NCBI GenBank assembly: GCA_000934665.2
Contig: KZ538056.1
Location: forward strand, 62,001-126,000
DNA: 64,000 bases
Origin: Catajapyx aquilonaris
Taxonomy: Eukaryota
Direction of reading: 5' to 3'
The notes beneath the pieces were generated by a model. It was not told the origin of the DNA. It searched no databases and was given only the letters and a program-made list of their open reading frames with translations. Both the position numbers and the translations under genes were made by a program. Below, one piece after another: positions 26,399 to 43,531 of the stretch (positions within the stretch are counted from its first letter, which is position 1; each line of letters starts with the position of its first letter).

Positions 26399-27301
26399 GT
26401 GTAGAGTGATCTACCTGAAGCATTAGGCACCTTCACAAATGCTGATTATTGTTTGGGGTCAGCCATATATGTTCATGAGCCGCCCTTTCATCACAAAAGT
26501 ATGAGACATGGGCTTACGGAGCCTATACTTTACTGTACTACATTGACACTGAACCATCATCCCCAAGGAAGAATAATCTCAACAATGGGCTAATTATTCA
26601 AACACATCGTCTTCAAGGCCCCGTAATTTCTTAATGAAATATCATTTATGAGAGGTTAGCAGTATAGAGGCAGGAACTGTGCAGGAATAATAAGTAGAGG
26701 TAAACAAGTCGTTATGGGTGGCATACGAAGTATCTCGACGAAACCAAGTGAAATTAATTTTCCTAAAAGCCAGAGAGAAAAACGGGTATATGGTAAGTGC
26801 TGTGCACCAGGATTATTGTTTGCAGAAGCACCATTTGGTTTCGCAGTCTTATCCAGATAATAATATTGGCATTGATTAAAGAGTGTATATTACTACCTAT
26901 ATGTGACGCGGACACAGAATGCTCTATCTGTCTATCACGTCGGAGACTCCTACCAGACACCTGATGAAATCGCAGTTTAAATTAAAATTTTATGGTAAGT
27001 TGGTAACACATACACTCACATAAGGCGAGGTTGCACGGAGGGATGCATACCTGTCAGGATCTTTGATACTTTGTGTTCGAAGGCTATCATCTCGGTGAGG
27101 AGGTTGCGGAGTCCATTACACCAAGTGATAATCTGGTGCCTAAGTGCACACTAGAACATTGCCGGAATTATGACAGAATAACACCACGCATGATAGAAAA
27201 AAAAAGGCATGGGTTCTGCATGGGATCGGCTGGCTCATACTGTACGAAGACTCCAATCAACGGAAGTGAATCCGATACCGAAGCACCGTTTGGAGAGTTG
27301 T

Positions 27302-27304
27302 TAA

Positions 27305-27335
<31 letters not shown>

Positions 27336-27376
27336 ATCATCATCATCATCATCATAATTATCATAATCATAATAAT
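27302..27376. repeat. Compound microsatellite (TAAA)n-(ATC)n-(ATA/ATC)n
   Basis: Directly visible. Confidence 0.95.
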
Positions 27377-28889
27377 GTCTTAATATTATGCAGTTGTAAT
27401 AAATGCTATATTAGCATAATAGAATATACAGTTCGTGTTAGTTTGATGTAGCACGATTCACATCAGAAGCTTAAAATGCTGAATTCTAGACTCACAAGTC
27501 AGCAATTTCAGACATTCGTCAGGTGCACCCTGTGTACCGCTAGAGGAACATGGTTGATGTAGCCGTCACGTCTCAAGCCTTCAAGTGTAAAGTGGATTTG
27601 GGAAATCGATTGTGCGTCTTGGCCCACGGGTATTCACTTGGAAAAGGTTTCTTGGCGGACTTTCCCACCTTAGGGATACAGGCTCAACGTAAAGAGAACC
27701 CCTGTGACAAGCTGTCCGAAACGATTCTGAAAACTTTCAGCACGTGTATACTGTACATCGAGACTTGGTGACAACTTATTGGTGTTCTTGATTCCAAGAG
27801 TGCAATAATTACGCGTATTATTCCACCGACTCTGAAAATGACGAGTGGGTCGGATTTAAAATCATGATAATGATGCTGCTGCTGATGATGATGATGATGA
27901 TGTCCCAAAGGATATGTCGGGCATGCCTCATGCCAGCATTTCAATTTAGTATTGTCAAAAATTAATATGTCCAATTATTATTTGCGACCCATGCAGTACT
28001 TCTTGACAGCAACTACTGATGGATGAAATTTTCAGCAACAGCCGCCTCTGATGCAATATTATTAGGCCTATAACACGTCACAAACATAGCTTAATCAAAT
28101 GCAGCAGTCCAAATACCAACGCCTGTCCACTGTTATTGGATGTACAATATGCGGTCAGCGATGGGAATTCCTTCATGATTCCATTTATTTTACTAGGCCT
28201 ACTCAAATATTCCAAATCCAATATCCATCCATAATGATATTATTTTGTATCAAGAATCTCATCCCGTTCTCTATACCATCAGTTGATTAAATTCCGCCTG
28301 TGCTCCACTCTATAAGGGTTCGGAAATAACCTACCGTCCGTCGTTTTGGGAAGTGATATATGGGTTCTACGTTCTAGGCTATCACTTTAAGTATATGCAA
28401 CATGGGTCTCCGATGCATAGTTACCGAGATCATGTGCTTCAAACACACGTATTCGTCCCTCCACGCGACCTTACCTTTTTATTTAAATTTAAGGTGTTAC
28501 CATGTAATTTAATTTTAATTTACGATCATGTCAGGTGTAGCAGGGAATGGCCTAGGCGATAGAAGTGTCGTAAGCAGTATCCGAAACATATAAGCTGGTA
28601 TAATGCACTTTTTATTTAATGCTAATTATCTCGGTAACTATGCGTCGGAGACCCATGTTGCATAATTATACTCAAAGTGTTCGCCATTTGGTGTTCCTGG
28701 AAGTGACCACTTCTTATGCGGTCTAGAGAGCTACATAATACATAGAAAGCACGAAATAATTGCAACGTAATATAAGTTACAACTAGTAACAAAAAAGTAG
28801 CATCCCAGTGACTATATAAGAAATTCAGCCTTGAAAAATAAACTGTACCAGTAGACTGACAAGTGAGTAGAGTGTTCAGTAATATAGCG

Positions 28890-29037
28890 TACTATGGGGC
28901 TCAAATTGTTTTGGCCACTTTATCCTGGTCTTGAAGCAACCCTTCGCACAGGACCCACGTTGAGCAGGTGTGTGTGGGTGTGAAGGGTTGCTTCAAGACC
29001 AGGAAAAAGTGGCCAAAACAATTTGAGCCCCATTGTA
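28890..29037. mobile_element. Fold-back MITE with ~55-bp TIRs, TA-flanked
   Basis: tactatggggctcaaattgttttggccactttatcctggtcttgaagcaacccttc ... gaagggttgcttcaagaccaggaaaaagtggccaaaacaatttgagccccattgta. Confidence 0.8.
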
Positions 29038-29232
29038 CCTTATAGAGTGGGGAAGCCCACGCGTTAATCGACGCCTAACTGTGTTATTGAATATTTGCAG
29101 TTACGAAAGAGAAAAGGTCAGGCACCAAAATTCCATGACTACGCGCGTGTTTCGTGGTGTGGAGAAACAAAGGACACCAACAACTGTACCTTGAAAAAGT
29201 ACGTAACATATTCGACTACTACGTGTATGCTG

Positions 29233-29525
29233 TACTCTCTAAAAAATAAGAGTTAAATTAACTCTTTTAAACCTTGAAAGTGGTCATTATCAAAAATGAG
29301 TTATAATAACTCTTTGCTGGAGTTAAAACAACTCTTTTAGTTCATTTCATCCTCCGAAAGAGTGAATTAATAACTCTTTCTGAGGATGAAATGAACTAAA
29401 AGAGTTATTTTAACTCCAGCGAAAGAGTTATTATAACTCATTTTTGGTAATGACCACTTTCAAGGTTTAAAAGAGTTAATTTAACTCTTATTGAGTTTTT
29501 TTAACTCTACTTTTTTTAGAGAGTA
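29233..29525. mobile_element. ~290-bp near-perfect palindromic element built from nested GAGTTA..TAACTC modules
   Basis: Termini TACTCTCTAAAAAA / TTTTTTAGAGAGTA; arms pair almost throughout, with the centre near 29365; one extra module in the right arm. Confidence 0.8.
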
Positions 29526-30475
29526 GGGTGAATTTCACTAACTTTGGTGTAATTTATCTCTACTTCCTGATCCTGATGTTGTAACGTTATTAATCAGTCC
29601 AAAAATCAAGAATATACATCGTTCTTCCCCGCTTCCTCACATATTTTCTCAGCTTTTGCCTCCAATAACTCTTCCAAATTATTCACATAAGACCTGGGAG
29701 ATATCCGGGAACAATGATTGGCCGAGGTTGATGGAAACAATAAAAAAGTGTTTAGCTAGGGAATCCCCCTGGATATAACCAGGCATCTCCGAGTCAGGCG
29801 CGATACCACAGCAGGGTTAACATAATTTGGGATCGAGTATGAGGGTATCTATAGCTCACTGTCTCGGTTGTGTTATGGCCATCTGAAAGAAAACTTTATT
29901 ACTGTGCTACCGGTAGGCATACTGCTACTGCATGTATAGTAGCCTACTATACATCAACCATGTTCTTATATCGGTGAACAAGGTGCACATGACGAATTTC
30001 TGGCAGTTGCTGAGGTACACTCCAACACTTGATGCACTCCAAAAGTTCATTGTGGGGGGAAATATATACCGGTAGTCTAATTTCTATCCAGTTGCCAGTT
30101 GCCAGTTGCAGTATGGTATTATTTTGTGATGTCAGTGCTATCGGATTTTAGGCCAGGACTAAAGTGGAATGAACTGATTAATTTATAGAAAAATGCAGCA
30201 GCACAGCCCCTCGTATTCGCCCGTTGCACCAGATGGCAGCTGCTGCCATCGGCTTCAACGGACAAATACGAGGCTGCCATCACTAATTTCCATAATGTTT
30301 GATGCATCAATGGGGTTATGCTAAGGTTGCTGTTCGTCCGCGCACTTACTGTTTGCATTTTAAAATGTTTCGTTGGAGTTTATGCAGAGCAAGAAACTAC
30401 AAGCATCATATAAACACTGTATTCCTGTATAGCCTACGTATAGGCTACGTATATCGTATAGTAACACTGTACAGG

Positions 30476-30565
30476 ATGTTACCAGACCAGACCCAGAAAC
30501 CAGCCTCCAACAGAGGTGGTAGCACCTCTGTTGGAGGCTAACTTCTAGGTCTGATCTGGTAACAT
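30476..30565. repeat. 90-nt hairpin (43-bp stem, GTAG loop)
   Basis: atgttaccagaccagacccagaaaccagcctccaacagaggtg-gtag-cacctctgttggaggctaacttctaggtctgatctggtaacat. Confidence 0.85.
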
Positions 30566-33474
30566 ATCTCCTTTAACCGACTGTACACAGTACACTAGGC
30601 TACCATTACAGAAATCTGGAGCCATATCTGATATGTTACTAGTTACAGCTTCAGTGTGTCACTTCGTTTTTGGCTTGTGCAAAATAATAAATTCCGCAAA
30701 GATATATAATCACAATGTTATGCATTATTATAATTCATTTTGTATCCTGACTTATTCAATATTCGAAGCTATTGGAAGAGGTAAAAAAAATTCCCTTCCC
30801 TTGATCGTTTTTAGATAACTTGCGCCATCTATTTTCCATCTTGGGAAGCTGTGTATCCCCGTCCAGTTTCCGTCGCCGCTTAGAAACAGGATTCCAAACC
30901 AGAATAAATGCAATAATTCACACCAAGCAACCCACTTTTGTTGGTCCGTTCAACAGAACAGGTGCATCAAATCGCCATCCATTCTTCAGAAAGAAACTCT
31001 CTAGTTTCCTCGTCTCGTCAGTAGCCTTTTGAGTTTGTGTATGTGCAACTCTCATGTGATCATCAAGTAGCTAAATATTATTCTAAAGTTTTTAATATTC
31101 ATATAGGTCGCAATAAATATTGCGGAATAGCTGAATATTGCAAAGGCGCAAAACTATTCTGACTACTACTCATAAACAATTTTCAACATAGGGCTATACT
31201 TTCGTGAATTGCGAGATGTATTTTGTCTCGATTAGCCGATTATCTCCGTCAAAGGTCCAAATAGGCTATCACCGGCCGATTGCATGGTGTGAAACCTCCC
31301 AATTTACAGCCAATAAATTGCTCCTGAGTTAGGTGCACGAGGATTCATCGTGACAAGTCTTGTTTATTTCTGCTGCATCCTTCCTTTTTTTTCCCCCTCA
31401 TCCCTCATGGGAGGTGTTGAGAAAGCAAACAGAACATGTCTGAGAGTATCCGACCTCATTGGAAAGACCAGCCGGGAAGGGCATCTGCAGGTTACACTGT
31501 AGCTGCATTCAACATGCCCGGTTCTTGGCATGGAAAACCACACCCAGACTAAAAATGAATCGCATACTCGGCAGAATGTGCCTCAACATATTCCCACCAG
31601 ACCTGGACGGAAATTGTTTTCCATACGTGAATTTTGATGATTTCAACAGCATAAATAAAAGACCAATGAGTTATGACTCAGCTTACATAACTATGCCAAC
31701 TGGTAATTCACACGTAGGATCTGCCATAACCCCGTATCTCAATAATAATACTCAAAACATGTGTTCCGCCTTTTGAGCACGAGCCATAAACCATCTACAG
31801 CAGGCAGGCTGTAGGAAATAAGCGCTACATGTGTTTATACGTGGAGTCTAAAATTAGCGTTGGCGAAAAGAGAGAGTGACCTCGGCCCGCTCTTGGGATC
31901 CTCTACGGGATGCTGCATGTCTGACGCCAGCTTCCATTGCAAGTATGTATGTAGGTGGTAGCCTGAGACAATCGACCTTCTGTAGGAAGAATCAGACGAC
32001 CTTCTGACTACAACACCATTATCACCTCGAGTCCATCCAGATCCTGAGAACAGACCCATATTGTCCTTTCACATGATTCGGGTGATTTAGCTATACAAAC
32101 ACTGAGGGATGCAGTAGCTGACGTCAACACATATGTATATTTATCCGCCGTTCTCCTTGAAGCTTTTTAAGTTATCTTAGGATGGGATTGGAGCTCGGTT
32201 TTTGGGCCAGCCACTTTGGGAGGGGCCATGGGGAGGTTGGGGCTACAAACAAGGTGAGGTCATAACCCAAACGCAGCACAGGCACATGTGAAGAATGATG
32301 GGTGTGAGGGTGAACCCCACCCTCACACCACCCACCCATCCAGTCTCCACTCCACCCTCCACTCCACTCCTTCCTTCATCAGTTGCAGTTGGGACACAAC
32401 CTCATCTGGACCAGCTTTTGGAATAGTGTGCAGTGTGTTCAGTTTTTGTCTTTTTAAAAAAGAGGGCTAATTGAGAGCGCATTCATTGAGAGCACGTATG
32501 TGCATCGGGGATAAGAATGCAGAGCAGGTGATCAAATCGGGCCTTATGAGAGGGCACGCATGAGTGGGATGGTGTGACCTCCAAAGCAGTGGTAAAGAGT
32601 TATCTGTGGTGGAGGGTATTGTTTCGGAGATGGTTTCGTTTCTTGGCTGGTGGTGATAGGCAGGGTTGTGCATAGTAGGGGGGACCACAAAAGCAGGGTG
32701 CGATATATCACGACAGCAGCAGCTCTCAAGAATCCTGTCTTATTAGCTGCTGGACGGTTGCCAGGAAAGAGGAGACTTTAGACGAGGAAAAAAACGAGAA
32801 TGTCTCCACCACCCACCCTACCCTGCACCCCCTCCTAAATCCCTTATCTGCGGTCCTTTGGGTCATCGGGTCATGTCTGCTGTCGTGCCAATTTGAATGT
32901 CATTTGAACGCGAGGAATTCGTGACAACAGTGTGATGAAAATTATCGAGATTTGGCATAAGGCAGCGGCGTAATGGTAGGAGCATGTTTATTCAGTTCAA
33001 ATCCAGGGAATTAAGGTATGGCCGTTCGTGACCAATCAAGCGTATAGTTGACCACTAATTACATTAATAATAATTAGTGCAGAAATGTTTACATAATGCA
33101 CCATTTGCAAAAATCCTGCTGGTGCATATCAGAATCGCTTTATTCAATGCCATTCCGTGTTGCGTTGCATGTTAAGTCTAGTGTTGAATATGTTCAGGAG
33201 GTGGGCAATTCTTTTCCCAGAGGCTGTGCTGTTCAGTTGACTCAGTTGTGACGGGATAAGCGACGTTGTTACAAAAATTGGCAGGAGTGGTGCTTCTCTT
33301 CGACATCTCATGAGTCCAGCCCATTGACACCATGGCCTTCACAGTGCCCGCTGACAGCTCTGCATTCTTTCACCCAATTCTTGTTGTGCATGACAGGTTG
33401 AATGATCACTCAATTGACCCACAGGTCTCTTGATACTAATTGGTAGAACATCCATTGTTACCAACAGACCAGCA

Positions 33475-34388
33475 ATGACAGAGGGTGTCAAGTACTCTGG
33501 AGGTTCTTCCACGATGGGTTTGTGGCAAAAGGCAGCTGTGGTGGTTGCCCTCCTTTCCCTGGCTGCCTCCATTGCCCTTCTGGCAGTCTTCTTCTCAGTC
33601 TACCAGGGACTGCCTCATAGGCTGGAGGAGCAGGAGGCCATCCTCAGGCTGCAGGAAAACTACATTCAGGAGATGAACGGAAAGATGGAAACATACATCC
33701 AGGAGCTTAATGGCAAGATGGACAGCCAGGAGACTTCAATCCGGGAGCTGCATGGGAAACTTGACTTCCACAAGATGCACCTGCACCGGGTTCAAAAGGA
33801 AATGCAGGTCATTTTGTCTCAGCTCAAGGTGATAACCTTCTATACTCTATCCAGCCCAAGTTTGAACACACTTCCACCATACACAAAACCAAACTTTCTC
33901 AACATATTGTATAAATGTTGCAAGTGATACGGGCATTTTCACACTCATTAATTAGACCAATGGGAATTTCTATCTTTGAAGAAAATTTAGAGGTAACTTT
34001 AAGCCTACAGTTGTTCAATACTGCAAAAAGAGAAACTTATTGTTGTCATCCAGCAAATCTAAGCATTAGCCAAGTAGAGTGTACAGTGCTAAATACACAA
34101 GTTACCAATGTAACATATTTCCACAGAGTGAGTCCGCCCGAGAAGAGAGCCTGAGGCGTAGAGAAGAAGCATCCAAGATCTTTACTGGAGAACCATCTGC
34201 CCCAATTGAACTTGTTGAACCAGCAGAAATAACTGCAAGCGATGAGGACACTGAATCACACTCCAGTTAGAAAGCACTTTTACAATATCCTCTCTCACCA
34301 ACCATACCTCACTTTCACAACTTGACCACTCTTCACAGGTTCAGACAAGTCACACGAGAAGAAGAAGAAGCACAAGTCTCACCATTAA
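33475..34388 (+). CDS. Uncharacterised type-II single-pass membrane protein with coiled coil, ~180 aa, 3 coding exons
   Basis: Exons 33475-33828, 34127-34265, 34339-34388, phase-consistent, 543 nt. TM AAVVVALLSLAASIALLAVFFSVY, heptad region with QEMNGKM/QELNGKM/RELHGKL repeats, acidic stretch, ends SDKSHEKKKKHKSHH*. AATAAA at 34743. Confidence 0.65.
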
Positions 34389-35918
34389 AGGAGCAGCTTC
34401 CTATACCACACTGCCAGTCATGCTTTTTGACCCGACAGACCCCCAACCCTTATTAAAACACTCCAAATGTAACCTAACATGTGTATCCCCCCTTGAGAGC
34501 CCCAGTCATTCCACCTGGACATCAACAACTACAAACTGGCCTGGTTTAGCTAACTTTATTATGGTGACAAAAATGTACAAAATATTGGAGACCCATCTCT
34601 CTGCTCTGTTGGTTCCAGGGAAAGTGCGATTCAGCAGTAATCAGCTAGTCACAACATTTATATATATATTTTAGAAACAACATAATAATGCCATGAACCA
34701 AAAAGATGTAGTGGGAACCAAAAGGCTGTGGGGAAGGCCTGCAATAAACTACAAGTCTAATAATAGCATAATGATTCATTGTCACATGTTGTGTGATGTA
34801 AGCATGCCACTAATTAATATTCAGTGTAACAATATACTGTTGGCATAATATCCTACAGTTTAGGAATACACTTGGTCAGTCACAAATAATAAAGATGGCT
34901 GGGTAAAAGGTTGTTGTGGGTGACTACAATTAGAGAAAACACAGTACAGTTTAAAAGAGTGCAGAAGACAAGACTGTTAACAGGTGCATATCACCCAAAA
35001 ACAGATAAGCCAATATCTTCACACACTGCCCCCTCTCTTTTCTCCAAGGCCATCGATAATAATGGCACACGTGACCTCTCACTTCATCCCTTCCCCTTTT
35101 ATCAGCCACATCCTTCCTTCAAGACTAACAGGAATTCCTGCCCAGTAAGAGCTTGTGCCGACCGCAAAACAACAGCTGGGAAATATGGAAATTTCCCCGC
35201 CAGCAGTCAGAAAAAAATACTAAAATTACTGCGGAGTCAGATTTATTTTGAAATAAAAATCATTTGGAATCATGGGGGAAAACACAGGTGCCGAAATTGT
35301 CTTGCGAGAGTACAGGAAAAATATCTCTATATGTATATATTTATATGTGTGTATATATATATTTCCTCCCTCAATCAGTTGTATCTCACCTTGTTTTAGT
35401 TTAGCATATGCCATATAATTATATAGTTTGGGATGTGTGAAATGTACAGGATAGGCGAGAAGGTTAGCAAAAGAGCTTTTAAAAAATTAACAGTGAAAGC
35501 CCAGCTCGGCTGCATGGAAAAAAAGCACAGAAAATACATTTATGATTATAGCTGCATTCACTTTAGCTAGGAAACACCCAGGAATTACCTGGAAATCTGG
35601 CATGACTTGCATTACAACAGGTACGGTCATTCTTGAACATCTGCCTGTTGGTCAGCATTCCAACCATTCAAAATAAGTATTGAGACAAATTTTCCAGGGA
35701 TAATGTGCTTATTGAATTCAAGGCAAGTCACATTTCTGGACAGTTGCTGGAAATTTCCTAGCTCAGGTAAATGCCATCTTACAGTATGTTTTCCTTTTGC
35801 AATAGGAAGACAAAAAAAAGCACCACAAACAAATGCGTCCATATACCACCACCGTATTTTGTCCATAAGGTTTCCTGGAGAGAGAAAAAAAAAGTATGTC
35901 CATGCGCCGCCAATGTTT

Positions 35919-40120
<4,202 letters not shown>

Positions 40121-43100
40121 CCCTCACCCTCCTTGGCCCCTCCAAAAAAAAAAAAGACGCCGAGTGTTCCGACCCGGGGTTTGCCCAGGGGCCACGCTTA
40201 CAACCACACCCCACAAGCGTTCAGGCAGGGGCGATACCCCTGGCGGCACCACCAAAAAAAAAAGGTTCCGAACCACCCTCGGTCCTTGGGAATTACATCG
40301 AGGCACCGTCACCGGGTATCCCAGGGGCCGCCCGTGGGTCGATCTCGATCGGGGGAGGTCACAACCGCTAAAAAATGGAGGAACGACTTTTCCTGGATCG
40401 AGACCAAGCCGAGAATGAAAGGAAAAAAAAAATATGGTGGCCGCAAAGAAAAAAATATTTTTTGCTTAATGGCAGCCGTTGCCAGATGAAGGATCAGGGC
40501 GCTCTAGCTATTCTCGCATCTGAGTCAAAGTAGCTGCATGTAAGCCGATCAGCCTCGGTATTCTGCCCACTTTCAGCAGATTCACAGCTCAGTTTGACTC
40601 ACACTCAGTAATTATCTTGCACCGTGCGTAAACCATCTCTTAAATCTGTCATTGTGCCGAAATGAACGCGTATTTTAACGCTATCGTGGTAGCTAATATA
40701 ACCAGCTGCTATTTCTGGCAATGGCTACGTGCTGCTTTATTCGCACAGGATACGTCACAACACCATTCCGCAAGCTCTTCTTGTCATTTGAAATCCAAAT
40801 CAGCTCGGTTAGCGTCATTGCGTGTGTCCCCTAGGTGTATCCATTTGACCGGATTTCGCTAATAAAACGCGGAAGGTGGCAAGTCACACTTTGTGTAATA
40901 TATCACCAGCTTTGAGACTGGTTTCTGACCGGCAGGACAAGGAAAGTCGCGAAAATGACCGGTTTTTCCTTCGTAGTGGTTGGGTCGGGAGGTGGCGTGA
41001 GTGTCCGACGAAATATTGCAATTTGGGTGCTTTGGTCCAGGAGGCGCCACATGATCACTCCTCCTCCGGTCTGCCTTCCCGACCCGCGATTTTTGTGTCC
41101 GGAAATTCCGCTCGAGAGGGTCGGAATCTATTTGGGGGCTCTCCATACCCCTCCTCACTCTTGTAAAGGCGCCCACCCACTCGTGCGCCCTACTTACGCC
41201 CACTTTTTTTTTTTTTCTGTGTCTAAAAAGAGATTCGAAGCTCCCGCCGGTTAAGTCATCCGAGAAAATTGATTTGGGAAATGCTACACTCTTGCGTTGT
41301 ACGATGAGGTGCTTACTAAAGAATGTTGCAGTTGGTCCAATCAAAAATTTTGTGTTTATGGCATTCATGTAATCAAAGTAACGAGGGACTAATCAAATCA
41401 GGAATTCATTCATTAACAAGAGCAATTAATGTTAGGTGATGTAATTAGAGTTGGGATTTCTCCGGACTTCTCACAGTGTCAGTGTAGGCGGGACTATTGT
41501 AGTGATAGAGGAACATTTTATTCCGAACTTAGAATATCTTGAGGAAAGTCCTTGGATCGTATCCTGTGCGGTCAGTTCACTCCCGCGATGTCTTCGCTGA
41601 GCAGGGAAGTAATCAAGTACACAGGCTGGATGGAAATATTTTAGATGCTTGGGCCATGAACAAGTTCAAGATTATGTCTAGCTTCATTAATCTGTAATTT
41701 AAAATCATGTGTGGAATTTTACTGCGATTGGGAGAAATGACAAGTCGATTTTTCTAGTCATTCTGATGAATTCTCAAAATTGGAAGTCGAAAGTGCCCGG
41801 ATTGACTTGTTTTAACATTTTTACTAATCAGTCATGTTATCTGTAGGTTGCATTGTACTAGGTTTTATTAGCAAGTTGTTGGGCTTTACACTTCCTGCAT
41901 AATTTGAACTTTCAATACACTGTGAATGATAATTCACGATGGCACGCAGCCAAGACGTCTTATTACAGTTTACTTCGTAGGACTTGATTCGCGCACTGGT
42001 GCATTTCCACCATTCAGAAGTTTGACAAGGTGATTTCACACCCGTCTATTTTTCAGGAAGTTATTAAAGTGTGAATAAATTTTTCATGGCAGTCGCAGTT
42101 CCGAGAAGCAAGACCTTTGCAATTCTTGCAAGTGATATAGTCAGTAGGCAGTACCCCTATTTACAGTATATCTTATCACTTACAATGGTTTGGTATATCT
42201 GGCTCATCTTTTTTCCTGTACTACAAAACGGCGTTTAAAGTGGCTTCTCGGGTGTCATGGCCATTAATTTTTGTATTTTTCACCTCTCGCCTACTCCACA
42301 GGAGCAACCGATAGAAATCAATGATAGTAAAACGAGATACAGTATAAATGACACATGATAAAATTATTTAAAATCATTGTTAAAGTTGTCAGGAGGACAT
42401 CCAACGAGAGAAAGACCTGCTTGCTAACATGTTCAAATAAACGATCATAACTTTTTATTCACACTTTATTGGCTACAGACCTAGAGCTACAGTTATTGCT
42501 TCACATAATTATAGGGACCAGGAGTTATGGCTCCGAAAAGCCTTTCACCAGTCCGCGCCATGTGGTCATGAAAAGGCAAAACAGAAAGCATGAGAAGACG
42601 ATATTTAGCACAATTCGTAGATCTTAGGACACAGTAATCAAAGTACAGTAGAAGGAAGGAAGCCCGGGAAGTATACGTTCCAGTGCCATTATCTGCGCAC
42701 AATACATACATACTGACACCCACAGCACCGGCTTGCAAAAATCCATATCAGTCATCACTCATCACAACCAAAGGACAGTTTCCTAATCGGAAGTGTGGAA
42801 ACGGCGGTCGATGTGAGTGTATTTTTCTCGGAAACTGCAACAGCAATAATGCCGTCACAAAAAATGGTATGACGCGGTCTTTCATGATGGCGTAACTTTT
42901 GTAACGCGTCAAGGACCTGTGATTGAACAACTCCATTTTAGTCAGAGACCAATGTGTGCAACAATGTAGAAATACAGTCCTTTATTGGCACTCGTCACTA
43001 CCCGGACAAGAAGATGTTGACCTCTTCATCAAGCGGTTAACCGCGGAGGAATACACGGATATATCTTGAAGAATAAGAAAATCATAAAGTAGAAATTGGG

Positions 43101-43403
43101 ACCTATGTAGTACTGACGTCACTAGCCCATAAATGTAATTTGCATTGTTGATGTTACAGTATCACGGTACCCAAGTTAGACTGACACCATAATTATTGCA
43201 TGCTGTATTGTTTGAAAATATAACTTATATAGTGTAGTCTAATAGTGGGGCTGTGGGGAGTAGTGCCATTGCATGTACCGCCTTCAAACTGCAGGTGAGG
43301 ATGAGGCGATGATAATGGTGCAGTACCGGGCTTGCAATGGCATCGCCAGGTTGACACAATTTTGAGGGCTGCATCCTTTTTGATATGCTTTTTGATATGC
43401 AGC

Positions 43404-43531
43404 TGTTGTGTTATGGGGGAGCTACTCAAAAGACTCGACTTGTCTTTGGAATGTCATCTAACAACTTTACTTAACAATCACTACCATGGATACATAACAT
43501 CATAACATGGATACGTAACATGGATACAACA
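43404..43531 (-). repeat. 3' LTR (128 bp)
   Basis: Matches 45091-45202, with differences mostly in the internal CATGGATA tandem region. Confidence 0.9.

Larger units (their letters stand above)
19700..30360 (-). pseudogene. Dispersed decayed exon-like fragments resembling MAM domains
   Basis: Minus-strand segments, several bounded by AG/GT, translate to YLSVEADGSSCHLV..GCAAAFFYKL (~30170-30275), QIHFTLEGLRRDGYINHVPLAVHRVHLTN (~27510-27605), WGNCANGDWQTGRIN (~25400-25445), ATAVDDFSVR..C* (24944-25195). Stops and frameshifts interrupt them. Resemblance judged by eye only. Confidence 0.3.
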
